DNA of 64,000 bases, from contig CP075492.1 of the NCBI GenBank assembly GCA_021613535.1, forward strand, positions 16,492,001-16,556,000, given 5' to 3'. The notes beneath the pieces are model-generated. The model had not been told where the DNA came from and ran no database searches. It worked only from the letters and a program-made list of their open reading frames with translations. Position 1 is the first letter of the stretch. Every line of letters begins with the position of its first letter. Of this stretch, positions 1 to 14,000 are shown one piece after another. Both the position numbers and the translations under genes were made by a program. The DNA is from Adineta vaga (Eukaryota > Animalia > Rotifera).

Positions 1-1415
1 CTCAATGTAATATAGTTGTATATAGTATTCGATAAAATGCTGTTCTTATTAAGTTTGCTTTCTTCTACAAAAATTATATTTACTTCTCGCAGACTATTTT
101 TAAAGTCGATAAGACTTTTTTAGATTTCAATAAATATGCTACTCAGTTCTTTTGCATATGAATTTATGAGGGTGTGGATGGGTAAGGGTATGATTCCGTC
201 ACAGAATTCTGGAATCGAACGGAATTCTTGTATATAATCCCGATTAAAAATATTAAAGAAAATAATTTGATTCAATTTGTATAATATTTGTAAAAATTAA
301 AACATTAATATAGCATAAGGATCAAAGCAATGTTAGAATTATTTTAGAAATATAATGAAAACGACGTGTATACTTCGTTGTCTTAGTGTTTGCATTTGAT
401 GTTATGAATAGTTCAATCAATGAATACAAATATTAAATAATATGGACATAAAATACTTAGAACAACAGCCATATAGAAATTTAATCGACAAATATGAACA
501 CTTTTTTAATAGAGATCGTTTCATTAAAACCAAGAGTTAATATAATGTTTGTAATATTAATGTATAAATATGTTAAATTACTCATATAATATGATATAAA
601 AAATAGAATTAAAAAATATTTAAAAGAGAAATATAAGTGAGTAAAAATGAAGGATCTTTTATATTTTTATATTCTTTTTTTCTTGAAATGAAAGTCAGCT
701 TTTCTTGTCTAGATAATCAACATGGCTATATGCTTTTCTAAAAACTGATTATACAAAATTTGTTGTGTTACATTAATATTTTTAAACAGTACAAGAGAAA
801 ATATTTGTATTTTGTGGAACTCACATCTATTTTTCGCAGAAAAATAGTGAATGTAAGTTTTAATTTGAGATTTTGGCACACAATTTTATATGTACAATAT
901 TTAGTATATATTTACTACTTCATTATACAATTAGCATTGAAAAACCTTTACTTTCATACAGAGATAATATTACAGTGAAATATAGAATCAAATGATTCTA
1001 TATTAATATTTATTTAACATGTGAGTTGGACGTTTTAGTCCTGGCAAGCTTTTTTTATGTCATTGAAGACTGTAGTTCATCGGTGAATCATATATTGTGC
1101 ACTGTTTATCCTCCATCATGAATACGTGTCATTACTCCAACTACATTCAATTTTTTGATGAGTTTAGACAATGTACTGAGACATACGATTGGCAAAAGAA
1201 GTGGAACTAAATAGACAACGAATATAATTATGTCAAGATGATCGACTATGAACGAAGGTATAAAACTAATTTGAATAAATTTTATTACCATTAACGGTAT
1301 AACCAGAATGCCAAGTAAATGGAAGAGATTATTCAAAGTTGAAAGATCATTTTACAATGATGAGATGCCTTTTCATAGCTCACATGGATAACAAGTAAGA
1401 CATTTGTAATTAATA

Positions 1416-1488
1416 TGGATGGGTGTGGATATAGATGTAGATACTAATAACACACCCACCACACCCTCATCGCACTCACACCCTCAAG
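1416..1488. repeat. Telomeric-hexamer palindrome copy
   Basis: TGGATGGGTGTGG...CACACCCACCACACCCTCA...CACACCCTCAAG. Confidence 0.75.
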
Positions 1489-1823
1489 TTTGACGACACA
1501 GTCTAATCAGACTGGAATTCTTTTCTCTCTTATCATTAGTGTCCTCTAATAAATTAATTTTTCTTTTTCTCTTCAACATTTTTCCTTTCGGTCTTTTCCC
1601 ATCACACCATAAATTATTACAAGTGGGTGCGGTTATGTATTTAATGAGAACATCCTCACCTTTTTATTTCGAAAATGAGTGTATATAATTCTTTCTTTTT
1701 ATCAGTTGATAAAGATGCAGCTATTAATATTGATGTTAAGCATGATATATAGACATTCATTGTTCATCATTTATAATACAACAAAAATTGCAAAATTAAT
1801 ATAAATACTTAATCATACATATA

Positions 1824-2471
1824 GAGCGGGTAGACGATATTACATCACCGATTTCAATTTCTTTCAAAAAAGTCTTACTATCTTAGCATTCCTACATCTG
1901 TTTGAGTTTATTTTTTGATTGCGGAATAGAGCAAACATTTCTCTATCGATCTATGTAACTTTTAACTAAAAACACCAGAACACTACTGAGCACTGATCGA
2001 AACAAGAAGACCTCCCTCAAATTTTTTTCGTTTCTCCTCTCTTCCTAATCGCATCCTTGCAGCTATTTCTTTACCCTAAATACATCGCGATAAGCAAAAA
2101 ATGCACAGGATCGTTGGAAAAAACATGATTTCGACTGGAAAATTGTAACGTTTTAGATTAAAACTCACATCAATGAATTCGTCTCATCGAGCTCTATCCA
2201 TTTATGTAGTTTTTATTTCCATTAGACCTCATCTTCCTTGCTTTTTCTAGCATTTAGTCACATTTTTAGTGTGATGTAATTAAGTTTTGTAACATAATTT
2301 CATCACACCAGCAGTTCTCTCTTCCATATTTCATCACGTAATGCAAAATACATGGAAAATTATTCGCGATCAGAAAAAAAGATGTTGTTGCTACCCGAAG
2401 TACGGAATTTGAAGAAATGATCAATAGAAAAAAGATAGATTAAGTGAAGGGTCATGCGATTATATAGGCGG
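1824..2471 (+). repeat. Left terminal inverted repeat (~650 bp)
   Basis: Reverse-complement match to 5503-6116, e.g. GATAGATTAAGTGAAGGGTCATGCGATTATATAGG vs CCTATATAATCGCATGACCCTTCACTTAATCTATC. Confidence 0.93.
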
Positions 2472-2673
2472 AGTAAATTTTACCGCACTTCTAGTGCCAA
2501 CTTTTGCTCGATCAGACACGATGTTTTTCAATGATAGAAGCTAAAACAGACCTGTGAAAAAAAGGTTTTCTGAGAAACAATAAATAATTTATTTGAATTG
2601 AAATAATAACAGAAACACCAGATGAATAAGATTATACAAAAACAGAAAAAATTGAACAAAAAATTGATCGGAT

Positions 2674-4929
2674 CTAATTTGAATCACTATCAGTATGGTT
2701 CAGAATGGTATTGGTGATATCAATTACTGATTCAAGAGATTGATAGGCTGCTTCGGTTTCAGAATCAACAAGAGAATGAATCGATTGACTATTAGCATTG
2801 TTTTTCTTCGGTGGTCGCCCTCTTCGTTTAATGACGTTTTCGGTTGAGCCTGAAGCACCTATAATATCGAGTTCTTTTGTTGACGTTTTGGTTTTTTTCG
2901 GTTTTTTTTGCTGTTCATGTTGTTCCATCTTCATCAGAAATTCGTCATCAGTTATGTTCAGCCCTACGTTATTGTTCAATCTTCTACCACGTTGGGGTTT
3001 TGCTTGAGAATTCATTTTTTCCAATTCCTTTGAGCGTTGTGAAAATAAAGTATTTATTACATGACGAACCGCGACAATAGGCTTAGAAGAAATACGATCA
3101 GTAGAATCTAAATTTAAAATCAATAATCTTACTATCTGAAAGTTAGATTGATATTTACCATTTTCAGTCGAGATTCGAAATGACTTCCGAGCTGCTCGAG
3201 GTATTATTGAACTTCTTCTTTTTCGTGGTAAAGAATCAATTGACAAATCCAAAGGACATGATTGCAATGTTGTATACGAAAGAGAATCAGTTGTTTGTGC
3301 TGGTTCATCTACTTGACCAACTAATACTGGTTGCAAAGGTGTGATTTGATCATATCCATATGGAATAGAAGATAAATCCAATGAATCAATATTCATAGAA
3401 ACATCGATGGATGCCGTACCACCCACGCCAACTGAATTTGAAGGAGTAGAAGAAGCTAATGTTGTGGTTGACGATGAGTTTGGCGATGTGTTAGCTATCA
3501 AACAAGGTTGAAGGATATTAGTTGGAGGAGATAAAACACTGGATGTTTTTGGTGATGCAGCTGTGGTGTTTAAAGCTACCTTTTCACGCATAGCCTGATC
3601 ATTAAACGGCCAAATACCTGCATGAATTACAAATATTACTAATTGGGAGAAGATTAAATTATGTTACCTGAACGTGCAAAGGAAGAAACGATTCGAGCAG
3701 ATGAGAATGCCGCTTTATCGACAAATAGTTTCTTCATTAATCCAGGAAAGTCACTGTTTTTTATGGATTTGTGACCATCTTTAAAATGATTTGACACCAA
3801 CTTTGACCAGTCTTGTTTCACTGAGCCGAAAACAACGACATCAAGCGGTTGGAGTGCATGTGTTGAATGGCTTGGCAACATCAAACATATAATATCGTTA
3901 GATCTTAACAAGTTTAAGATTCGAAGGCTTATATGAGACGTGTGACCATCTATCACCAAAAGAAGCGGTCGATTTATATGTGCTGTTGCAGGTATAAAGA
4001 TGTTTTCAAGCCAAAATTCGTACATTGATGTATTGACCCAACCCTTCAAATGAAAATCGCAAAGAAAGCAATTTTGAAACAGAAAGTTGAAAAACGATCC
4101 TTAAAATCATTTATAACCATTCTCCATTCGATCATTCATATTTATGAGGAAGGTTTCTTAACTTACTTTTTTAGTAATTCCGTACTGAGTACCAGTTGGA
4201 CCTCCTTTGCACCACGTATTCATAAGATTGTTGCCAGCATAGAGAATAAATGGTGGTAAAACCTTTCCATCGGCACTAACACAAATGAGCGCTGTTTTGA
4301 AATCTTTGCCACCTCCACCATTACTTTCGAAAACATGCCGACAACTAGAATTGACTATAACCCATTTAGCTAAAAATAAAAGCAATAATTCGATAGATAC
4401 ACAATTTTGATTTATTACCTTTGGTTTTATCTGAAAAACCTGTTTCGTCTGCATTAAAAATCTGGCTTGGTTTGTCAAAGAGATTGTGTTTAACCATAAC
4501 AGCTTTAAGTGTGGCAAACCATCCTTCTCGATTTGCTTCCGTAAATGAATCTGCACGTGATCGTTCAAGTTTTTGTTGCTTCTTCCATACAATATCTTGA
4601 GCATGACGATTAACGAAACGACTTAACCACTTATATCCCGGTTTTACTTTAATATTTAATGATTGAAAAAAATCCACTGCAAGATCAAGAGCAACTTCTT
4701 TGGTGACACTAAAACCATAATCAGGAAGAAGCTTCAACAAGGAGACAAGATGATCTTCTTGAAGTGACGTTAAAAACGACGGGCGACCTGCACGAATATT
4801 CAAATTTCTTCGATGACGGTGTTGACGTATTGTACTAGCAGGAATATTGAATTTAATTGCAGCTGCTTTCGAATCAAGATCACTTGTAACAGCATCGATA
4901 AGCTTTTGACGTTCATACTTTTTCGACAT
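2674..4929 (-). CDS. pogo-family transposase (HTH/CENP-B-like N-terminus, DDE_1 domain, DD35D); exons 4929-4419, 4369-4167, 4043-3668, 3617-2674; ~677 aa
   Basis: Four ORF-track fragments join in frame across GT-AG introns. Motifs NADETG, IDGHTSH and LPSHSTHALQPLDV, with 35 residues between the 2nd and 3rd Asp. C-terminal AT-hook-like RRGRPPK. Confidence 0.92.
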
Positions 4930-5502
4930 ATTGATAGTACTTCTTAGATTTCTGATGAAGATTCACAGTAGAAATATGAATATTTGATTCGAATGAAATC
5001 GATCTTTTATACGTCATGATGATATGTATCTAGACGATATCTTAGACGTCGAAAAGAGAATGCATTTATACGAGATATCTATTATAGAGACCTAGAAATA
5101 CTATATAAACACTAAGATAGTACCTCGATAAGATAGTATAATCATAAGAAGACATAATAGTTAGATTCAGGGTTGAATTATAGTCTGATCGACCGATAGA
5201 ACCATCACAAAATGTTCTTCACGATGCATACACTGAAGAATCGAAACAAACTTCTCCATATAAACATTTATAATCCAATCTTATCTTAAGCTGATTATGA
5301 ACTTGTAAATGAACGTTAATGATAATTAGATCTATCAATTAAAGGGTCTGGAACAAATAGGTGCTTGTTTTGTTCACATATTTTCTCTTAATTAATCTAT
5401 GTTTTTACAGAAAAAATGACAACAGTTGTGCGAGGGTACATACACGAAATGCATAGCTTTGTGAGGACTAATTCGAGGAATAGATAAGGGAAAACTCATA
5501 TC

Positions 5503-6116
5503 CCACCTATATAATCGCATGACCCTTCACTTAATCTATCTTTTTTCTATTGATCATTTCTTCAAATTCCGTACTTCGGGTAGCAACAACATCTTTTTTT
5601 CTGATCGCGAATAATTTTCCATGTATTTTGCATTACGTGTTGAAATATGGAAGAGAGAATTGCTGATGTGATGAAATTATGTTACAAAACTTAACTACAT
5701 CACACCAAAAATGTGACTAAATGCTAGAAAAAGCAGGGAAGATGAAGTCTGATGGAAATAAAAACTACATAAACGGACAGAGCTCGATGAGACGAATTCA
5801 TTGATGTGATTTATTTTTAGAAACGTCACAATTTTCGAGTCGAAATCGTGTTTTTTCGAACGGTCCTATGTATTTTTGCTGGAAAGATGCAATTAGGAAG
5901 AGAGGAGAAACGAAAGAAATTTGAGGAAGGTCTTCTTGTTTCGATCAGTGCTCAGTGGTGTTCTGGTGTTTTTAGTTAAAAGTTACATAGATCGATAGAG
6001 AAATGTTTGCTCTATTCCGCAATCAAAAAATGAGCTCAAACAGATGCATAGAAGTCGAAACATCAACGGTTCATTACGAGAGTAAAAAATCGTGATGTAA
6101 TATCGTCCACCCACTC
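5503..6116 (-). repeat. Right terminal inverted repeat (~615 bp)
   Basis: Mirror of 1824-2471 with scattered substitutions, a ~33 bp deletion and a ~45 bp non-matching subterminal block. Confidence 0.93.
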
Positions 6117-7903
6117 TAAATATTTCTTCTGATCATCTACTACGTCAACGTCATCACTATCGTTTCCTTCTGCCAGCATATGATAATTTGATTAAGATAC
6201 TTTCATTTTCGGCTACTAAACACTTTGTTATGCAGAATCTATCACGTCTGCACTTGTTCTGTTCTTATTTAGTATGTAAGTAAACATAATTATGATAAGA
6301 AAGAAATAAGATAAAAGAAGAAGAATGATAACACACTTCAATCTATAATTTCAGTTTGTACCACATTTTTTTGTGAGATTAACACTACGTGTACATTTTA
6401 ATTTTTCCCCACCATATTCATGCCGATATAAGGATGATGTTATAGTCCTTTCATAGTGAAAAGAACAACTTTTTGAATACATTTAGCTGTATATTCGAAT
6501 CAAAGTAAATTGTTCTAATCGTTGTTTTCTATTCTATGTGGCACAACTGATAACTGTGGTACCTTTTTCAGTTCTTCTTTTATGAATATTATATTGTACA
6601 AATTCCACATTTCCTCTATTTTAAGGAAATATTCTCAAATAATTCAGAGCCTAATATTGTTCTTCATCATTATCTTTTAAAATACATTGAAATCAAGAAT
6701 TAATGGTAATTTGTTTTTCTCTATTTAAAATAGCATATTATGGAATCAGCGGATAATTCATCAAATTCTCAACTGAAAACACTTCGAAGTACACACATTT
6801 ATTCCATACCTTTTGCATTCGTAAGTATATCGATTTGAATCCATCATTGAAAAGAGTTTGTAGAAGCAATGCAAAGTTTGAATATTTTGAAAAATTAGTA
6901 TTTCTTATCTTTATTTTCTTCAATAACATTATTGTATAGTCATGTTCTCGTCTATACACCTTCAAATTACATATTTAAATAAAAAATTTTATTTTAAATA
7001 TGTCTTGTTGAGATTTTGTCTGTGCTCCTTGCTGTTGGTTACGTCTGCTCCTTACACCGTTATGATCGATCAGGCACAATACAAAATGAAGTTTTGACTG
7101 CGATTTATATCACTGTAATTACGATAAAAGGTAAATAAATAATATTGCAAATTTAATATATACAAACGTGGTTTATAAAATTAGTCGTCGTATCAATTCT
7201 ATTTGTGGCCGCTTTTCTTCTCATAATCATGAGACATGTACTAATCGGCGTTTTGATGGTAACTTTTTCATATTTTATCATCGATAATCATTTGCTTTTT
7301 GTTCTATTTCAGTACTGGTGGATCGTATTCATTGATTATATATGTAATGTAGTTTTTAATTTAATCTTTACTATTGCACTAAATTTACTTGATGTTTCCT
7401 TCATGATTGCAATTCTTGTTTTTATCTTTATATCAATTTGCTGTATCACCCCGGTAAGAGTATTTTAGTTTTTATCCGAATGACGTCAGTCTTTTTTTTA
7501 TACAGATTTACGCGTTTCATAAACTGCATACAACATACAGAATGTTTTTTTCAACAACCAACAAACGTTTAATTGATCCATAATTACACATATAACTTTG
7601 TTGTTATATATCATTCCGAATTTTTAAATATACTGCGCTTGTGTGAAGAACATTTTCGAGTATTGATTAAATAAATAATTATGCATGTTCGTCTTTTTGA
7701 ACTATCTGTAAATTTTTGGAAACAAGTGTGGGACGAGTTGAACTATATACATATATTTATACGTATCGTCCCCCAATACTCTATTAGATTGTATGAAATA
7801 TAGTGTGAAATCAAGAAAATTTACCGTCCTATGCTGATATATTACAAAGATCGCTCGAGTACTCTGTTAAATACTCGAGACTGTTTGCAGCGCAAAACTA
7901 GAG

Positions 7904-7970
7904 AAGAGTGGGTGTGGGTGGGTGAAGGAGAGAAACCTTGACCCTCACCCACACCTTCATTCACACTCTT
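7904..7970. repeat. Telomeric-hexamer palindrome copy (~120 bp past PKS stop)
   Basis: AAGAGTGGGTGTGGGTGGGTG...CCCTCACCCACACCTTCA..CACACTCTT. Confidence 0.8.
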
Positions 7971-8091
7971 ATGTGCCTACCTGGACAAGAATTCTGTTCG
8001 AATATAACTCTTTATTTCTGGTATAATATTAAAGCATATGCGAGCTAATTGTGAAAAAAAAACAATTCAGCATAATCAGAAGCATGGTTCA

Positions 8092-11000
8092 TTAATGATG
8101 AGTAATGCCTGCTTTTGTGTATTGTTTCATTTGTTGCACTATTGCTTGCACAATATATGCACTTTCGTTGTCAATGGATATCAATGAATAGGGGCCGCGA
8201 GGCTGCAATCGACGTATCTGAGCTATTGTTTTGTGTATACAAGTCTGCATGTTCGACTTATCATCTGAAGCATGAAGAATATAAACAGTTGATGTATTGT
8301 TTGCAGCCTTTTTAACAAACTCAGTGTCGACAGTAGTGCTCGTAGAGATACAAAATACCGTCGACTCACTATTTTTGACAGGATAGCTACTTAGGACTCC
8401 TTCCATGCCACTGTAAGATAGCACTTCATTTGTTGTAGAAGCTATCGAGACTAACTCAGTTGGTGTTAGCTTTTTCACGTCGACGGATGCCGTAGTCTCT
8501 GTGGTGGGTATCGATACAAGGCGTTCTTTCAGTTTGCTATGCAATTGACTAGCAATCTGTTGGATGGATATCCCTTGGAAAATATCGGCTAGCGGCACAA
8601 TCACACCCCATTCTTGTGCAAGCCAATTGTAGAGTGAAACAGCAACTAGTGAGTCCATACCGTACGAGAGCAGCGAACGGTTCACATGAATTCGATCGAT
8701 GTTCGACATGCCTAAAAGTCGCATCACTGCTATTCGAGTACGTTCAACAATGACATCAATATCCATCACTAATTGATCATCTGAGCCATTTCCTATTATC
8801 TGACAACCGTCCATCTCGTTCACCTGCTGCTCGATAATATCTGCTAGTTGTTGATTTGGCAAATGATCTTTGTTGGCACTCAGCACCTGCCAGTCGACGG
8901 CAAAAATAACTGACGATGGGCAACTTATTTGTGCGACAAAAAGTCTCTCGACCACTTCAAACGTAGCTAATGTAGGCAACGTCTCAAAGCCTTGAGCGGA
9001 GTATAAACTCGTCAGCTGATCTCGTTGTCGATGAAACATGCCTGCTCCACTCACGGCCGGTAAACCAACTGATAGAGCGGGCAACTGAAGTTGTTCACAA
9101 CGATAGCGTGCGAGTGCTTCGAAAAACTCATTTCCTGCATTGTAGCCGCTCGAACCAGGATCGATCAGATGATTTCGAATCGATGAAAACATAACGAAGA
9201 AATGTAGAGGCACGCGAGCAATTTGCGACGCTTGATGAAGGTTCCAACCCCCGCGCACTTTTGGTCCCATGACGTGTGCAAGTGTTTCTGGGATGAGGTT
9301 ATCCAATAGTTTGTCATCTGATATGACGGCACTATGAATGATGCCACGCACTGGGTACGGTGTTGTACTCAGACATTCGATGAGTTCGAGTACTTCCTTA
9401 AAATGAGTCACATCGACTTGCGCCACATCAACAGACGCATTGTGTTCGGCTTGTACTTGTTTGAGTCGAATCCAGTCGTTGAACTGTGGATTAGCCTCGG
9501 TGTTTTCAAATTGTGCTTGGGAGCGACGACTCATCAGAACAATCCGCTTGACACCTCGTTTTTCTATCATCCAGCGAGATATTGTTAATCCTAGACCACC
9601 AAAACCACCCGAAACAAGAACTGTTCCACTATCGCATACCAAAGATGGAAACATCGTTCCTAAAAAACGTAATGATACCAATGGTTACTTTAGTCTGAAA
9701 CAAAATTCAAAAGCACAAATTTGCTTCAACTTTTGCCCTTAACTATAGATATTATATATACTGTACCTTCTTGTTGTTTTTGAGTCTTCTGTATATTGGA
9801 TACGTTTTCGTTGACAACGATAGGCTTATCGGAAACGGCGATGCGAACTACCATTTTCCCCATAGACTGGCCAAGACCGCATTGTGTAAATGCATCGATG
9901 ACTTCAGATGGCTCAAAAATCGTCAAGGGTTCGATGACTTTGAAAAGACCTTTTTGATAATGATCTATGATATCGTCGATCATTTCATGAATGGTATTCG
10001 GTTCATCACGCGCATGCAAGACCAAATCAATGACATGTAAATTGCAATCTTCCCGTAGATCGAACAGCGACAGGCTACTCCTACCGAATACATCTCGTTT
10101 ACCCAATTCAATAAAATGACCGTGCGGTGCAAGCAGTTTAATAGATTCTTGAAGAAGTGGACCCGAAAGTGAGTTGACGACGACGTTTATACCATTCGGA
10201 AAGAGAGAACGTATTTCATTAACAAAGGATAGATCACGGCTATTGAATACGTGCTTAATTCCATAATATTCCTGAAGAAAATGTCGCTTTTCATCGTTAC
10301 CTGCCGTGGCGATTATCTCGGCTCCGACTCTTTGGCAGTACTGAATGCAAGCCTGGCCGGTGGCACCTGTGGCAGCATGGATAAGAACAATCTGGTTACG
10401 CTTCAGTTGAATGCGGTGTTTAAGTGAAAGGAGAGCTGTTAGAAATGCAGTGGGTAACGTGGCTAACTGTTCGTCTGACATCAAGCACTGATCAGGAACA
10501 CATGAAGCGTGCAGCGCGTTGACAACAATATGAGAATGGAAGGTACCTGAGAAGCCTAAACCAACAACACGATCTCCAGTCTTGAGATGGCTGGAATCGG
10601 AGCGAACAACGATGCCCGTGAAATCAGAACCGAGACTACTATCGCGATCTATCAGTGGTTGATCTCTGTCCAATTGTGCAAATTGGCGTGTATGCGGATA
10701 TAGACCTCGCGCTTTGAGAACGTCACGAAAGTTGAGACCCACGCAGCTGACACGGACTAGAATTTCGTTGGGCAGTAAATTGTCGATCAAAGGTGACTCT
10801 TGGATCCAAGAAAGATCGGCCACGAAACGAGATGGTGCTACTTGTAGCTGAAATGGATTTACGTCGGCTTCATTTCGAGGTATGATGGTAGTTTTCACTG
10901 GCGTTAATAATTCCTCGTTCCTTTGTGTTTGAAATAGTTCATAATGCCATTGAAAACGCTGGATGGTATTATCTACGCCTTGACAAAGGGCAATTTCATC

Positions 11001-14000
11001 CAAGCCGTCGGTTGTTTCAGAGTCAATCATATGTTGAGCAAGAATGGGGCAAAGCAATGGATCCGTAAATGTGTTTGCTGACGGTTGTAAATCAAGTAGT
11101 TTAATGTGATGGCGTGCGTACTCGACACTTGAAGCACGCACAAGACCAATTAATGGTGTCGCACTTGGATCACAGCCACGAACGTTACCTACTGCTTGGG
11201 CGTTTTGTGTAAGAACAAACACATACGGAAAAGGACAACTGATCTGAGGGTATTTTTTAATCGTTTGAAGGATGCAAACAAATGTGCTGCACAAATACTC
11301 TTGCCAGTTGAATGCTGCTTCATCACTATGCTGTCCAAGTGGAATCAGATCGAGTGGCCAGGCGAAAACTAAGTGTAACTGTCTACAATTTTTCAACATC
11401 ATTATGATCCTTGAGCAAATATCGTCTACGATCGTAGTGTCTTCTAGCAGTACAACGTTGGACCCTGGTAAATGAGGTACAAGTGCGCGTGACAACTCTT
11501 GCGTACGATCGGCAATTAGAAGCCACATATGGTCTTTCCATTCAGGAAGTTGAATAAGAGTCGGTTTCGATGTTGTTTTTCGCGAGATGATGAGCGTATC
11601 ACCAAATACATTCACCTTTGATGACATTATCGGTAAGTCAAATCCACCAACTGACTGTAAAATATTTGTCCACTCATCGGAAGTCAATAGAGCATGACGG
11701 TTGTTATCACGCCACCAATAAGGAAAAATACCGAATAGAAGATCGAAGTATGGATGAGTCTGTGTTAATTCTACCAAGAGAAGGAGACCACCAGGTACGA
11801 CAAGACGACGCAGTGCAGAAATTGAATGGATAACATCAGTTGTAGTATGTACTGCATTGGCCGCAAAGACAATGTCATACGCTTCGTCTACAAGAATGAT
11901 TCGACAGTGATATATGTGTGACTAATTTTTATATTATTCTTGTAGTAAAATCTTAAGGACTCTCTCACAGACCTGGCATGTAGCTTTTATCTAAACAGAA
12001 TTTTGAACGACAAGAACTAAATATTTCTTTGACTGAATGTTCTGCGCTTCGTATAGTACAATTTCAAGTTATTTTTTCTAGCTAGCAAAATTCGGTTTAC
12101 CTGCAACGCTTGATTCATCTAAACCAGCTTCCATATCATATACACGATAGGTCACGGTTATCCGTCGAGTTTTCGTTTCACTTTGTGTCGTAAGAATGGA
12201 CTCTAATGCCTTCTTGGTCTTAGCCAAAAGTGTCGCAGATGATTCAACATACTGCAAATTGAGATGTGTGTTTGTTTCCTCAGCAAACGCGATTAGTTGT
12301 TGGAGAATAGACAAAGCAGTTAAACTTGAGCCGCAGCCGACATTCAGGATACGTAGACGTTTAATATCGGTACCAGTCATATATTCGATGAGTGCTTGGA
12401 ACAAACAACGAGTTTTCGAAGATGACATCATATGCAATACATCGATTAGGGCGAAGTCGTTGTCAGTGGATTCGACGAAAAATTCGTTCAGGGACTGTGC
12501 ACCTAAAATAATTTGGTCAAGCTGCAGTCCGATTGCATTCAGGAGTGCTAGAAGTGACTTGAGAAGAGGAAACTGTTCGAGAATTTGTTTACGAATGAGT
12601 TGAAGCAAGTGCTTCGTTATTGACATAGATGCGTTGCCATGCTCATCAAGTAAACTGTGATGACGTACGAGCGAAAAAGCTGCCTGAAAAAGCCGAATGA
12701 AGTAAGATTCATCGTCTCGCACACAATGGCGTAGTTCGTCTTCAAGGATCCGTTGATTGTGTTTCAGAGAAGCAAGATGCTGAAGTGCGTAAAGAGCATA
12801 GTTTGCAGCTAGGGCACTTAAAGACTCGATGGAATCTGCCAGTTGAGTGTTAATGTCATTGTTATCGTTGTGTGTGTTCTCGATGCGTTCTATGGCATTG
12901 ATCAATTTGTCAGATGAGGGCAACAGATCCGCCGTCACAATCGAATCGATCGGTTCATGCGACCATATCTTCTGTAGACAATACTTGGTCAAGATTGTGT
13001 TAATATACTCACTACTATTTCCGTCAGGTAGACTAGCACACTCGTTTACTTTGTCGAAAAGAGACTTGTTCACCAATGACCAATGCCCAGGAACGCGCTG
13101 AAGTTTGAACATTTGGAACATGACGATCGGTTTCGTGTTTGATGCTGTCAACTGATGTCGGCCGTCGAATACAGTAAGATCAAAAGTGTAGGCGCGTTCT
13201 TGTGATAGACCAGCGAGTGACGAATGATAAATCGCGGATGAAGCAAACCGAGGCACAAGAAAAGTACTTCCATATGCGATCATCTTAGCGATTGAAGCTG
13301 GAAGAAATGTGTCATATCCAGGCAAAACAGGCAATACTGCATGAAGACACCCATCGATGATCAGTGGATGTAAATGATAGCAGTCATCATTCTGTTCGCC
13401 GTTTTTCGGTAAGACGCAACCAGTTATCCGAGATCTGGCATTTTTAATCACATCTGTCATGGTAAGACTCGAACCGTATTGATAACCTCGTGTCGACAAA
13501 TTAGCGTAGATATTTTCCGGAGTCAATTCAGACCAATTCGGTGTTTTGTCGTTGAATCGAACGGCTAAGGAGGCGTAAATATTGAGGTGAGGGCCAACAT
13601 CAATGCGTCCCCGAGCATGCAAAGTAAATTGTCGTAAAGAGTATGTGTTGAGTGTTTGTGGATCATCGAACGATTTAAGAAAGTCTTCGCAAGCCATACC
13701 CGATGACCGCATACAGTTTTCACCGCTTGATGACCATGGCCGACTGTACACGAACCATTCGCGCATCGGCATTACAACTTGTGTGATCACTTCAGTCAGC
13801 TCGTATTCAGTAAGAACAAGGGCTTTAACGAATTCAATGTTCTCAAAAGCGATCGGTGGTGGTATTTCATCCTCAGTGGCTATTGGCAGCAATTCACGGC
13901 AAGCGGCTAACGCTATCTCTAGAAAAGCAGTAGCAGGAAGTACAATGGCATCCTGAATTTTGTGTTGAATCAAATAGGCATGTTTAGGTAAATTGATATT

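Larger units (their letters stand above)
1824..6116 (-). mobile_element. pogo/Fot1-like (Tc1/mariner superfamily) DNA transposon, full length, long TIRs, TA target-site duplication
   Basis: Left end TA|GAGCGGGTAGACGATATTACATCAC (TA 1822-1823) mirrors right end GTGATGTAATATCGTCCACCCACTC|TA (TA 6117-6118). Inverted similarity extends over ~1824-2471 versus ~5503-6116 and encloses a DDE transposase gene. Confidence 0.95.

Noticed and set aside
760-1336. ORFs 760-978 and 1106-1336
   Set aside because: Non-ATG starts and AT-driven hydrophobic composition; the second may be a membrane-protein relic, but I cannot support it.
6120-7700. Short ORFs and coding-like relics between the transposon and the PKS
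   Set aside because: Multiple stops and no recognisable motif; cannot be assigned.
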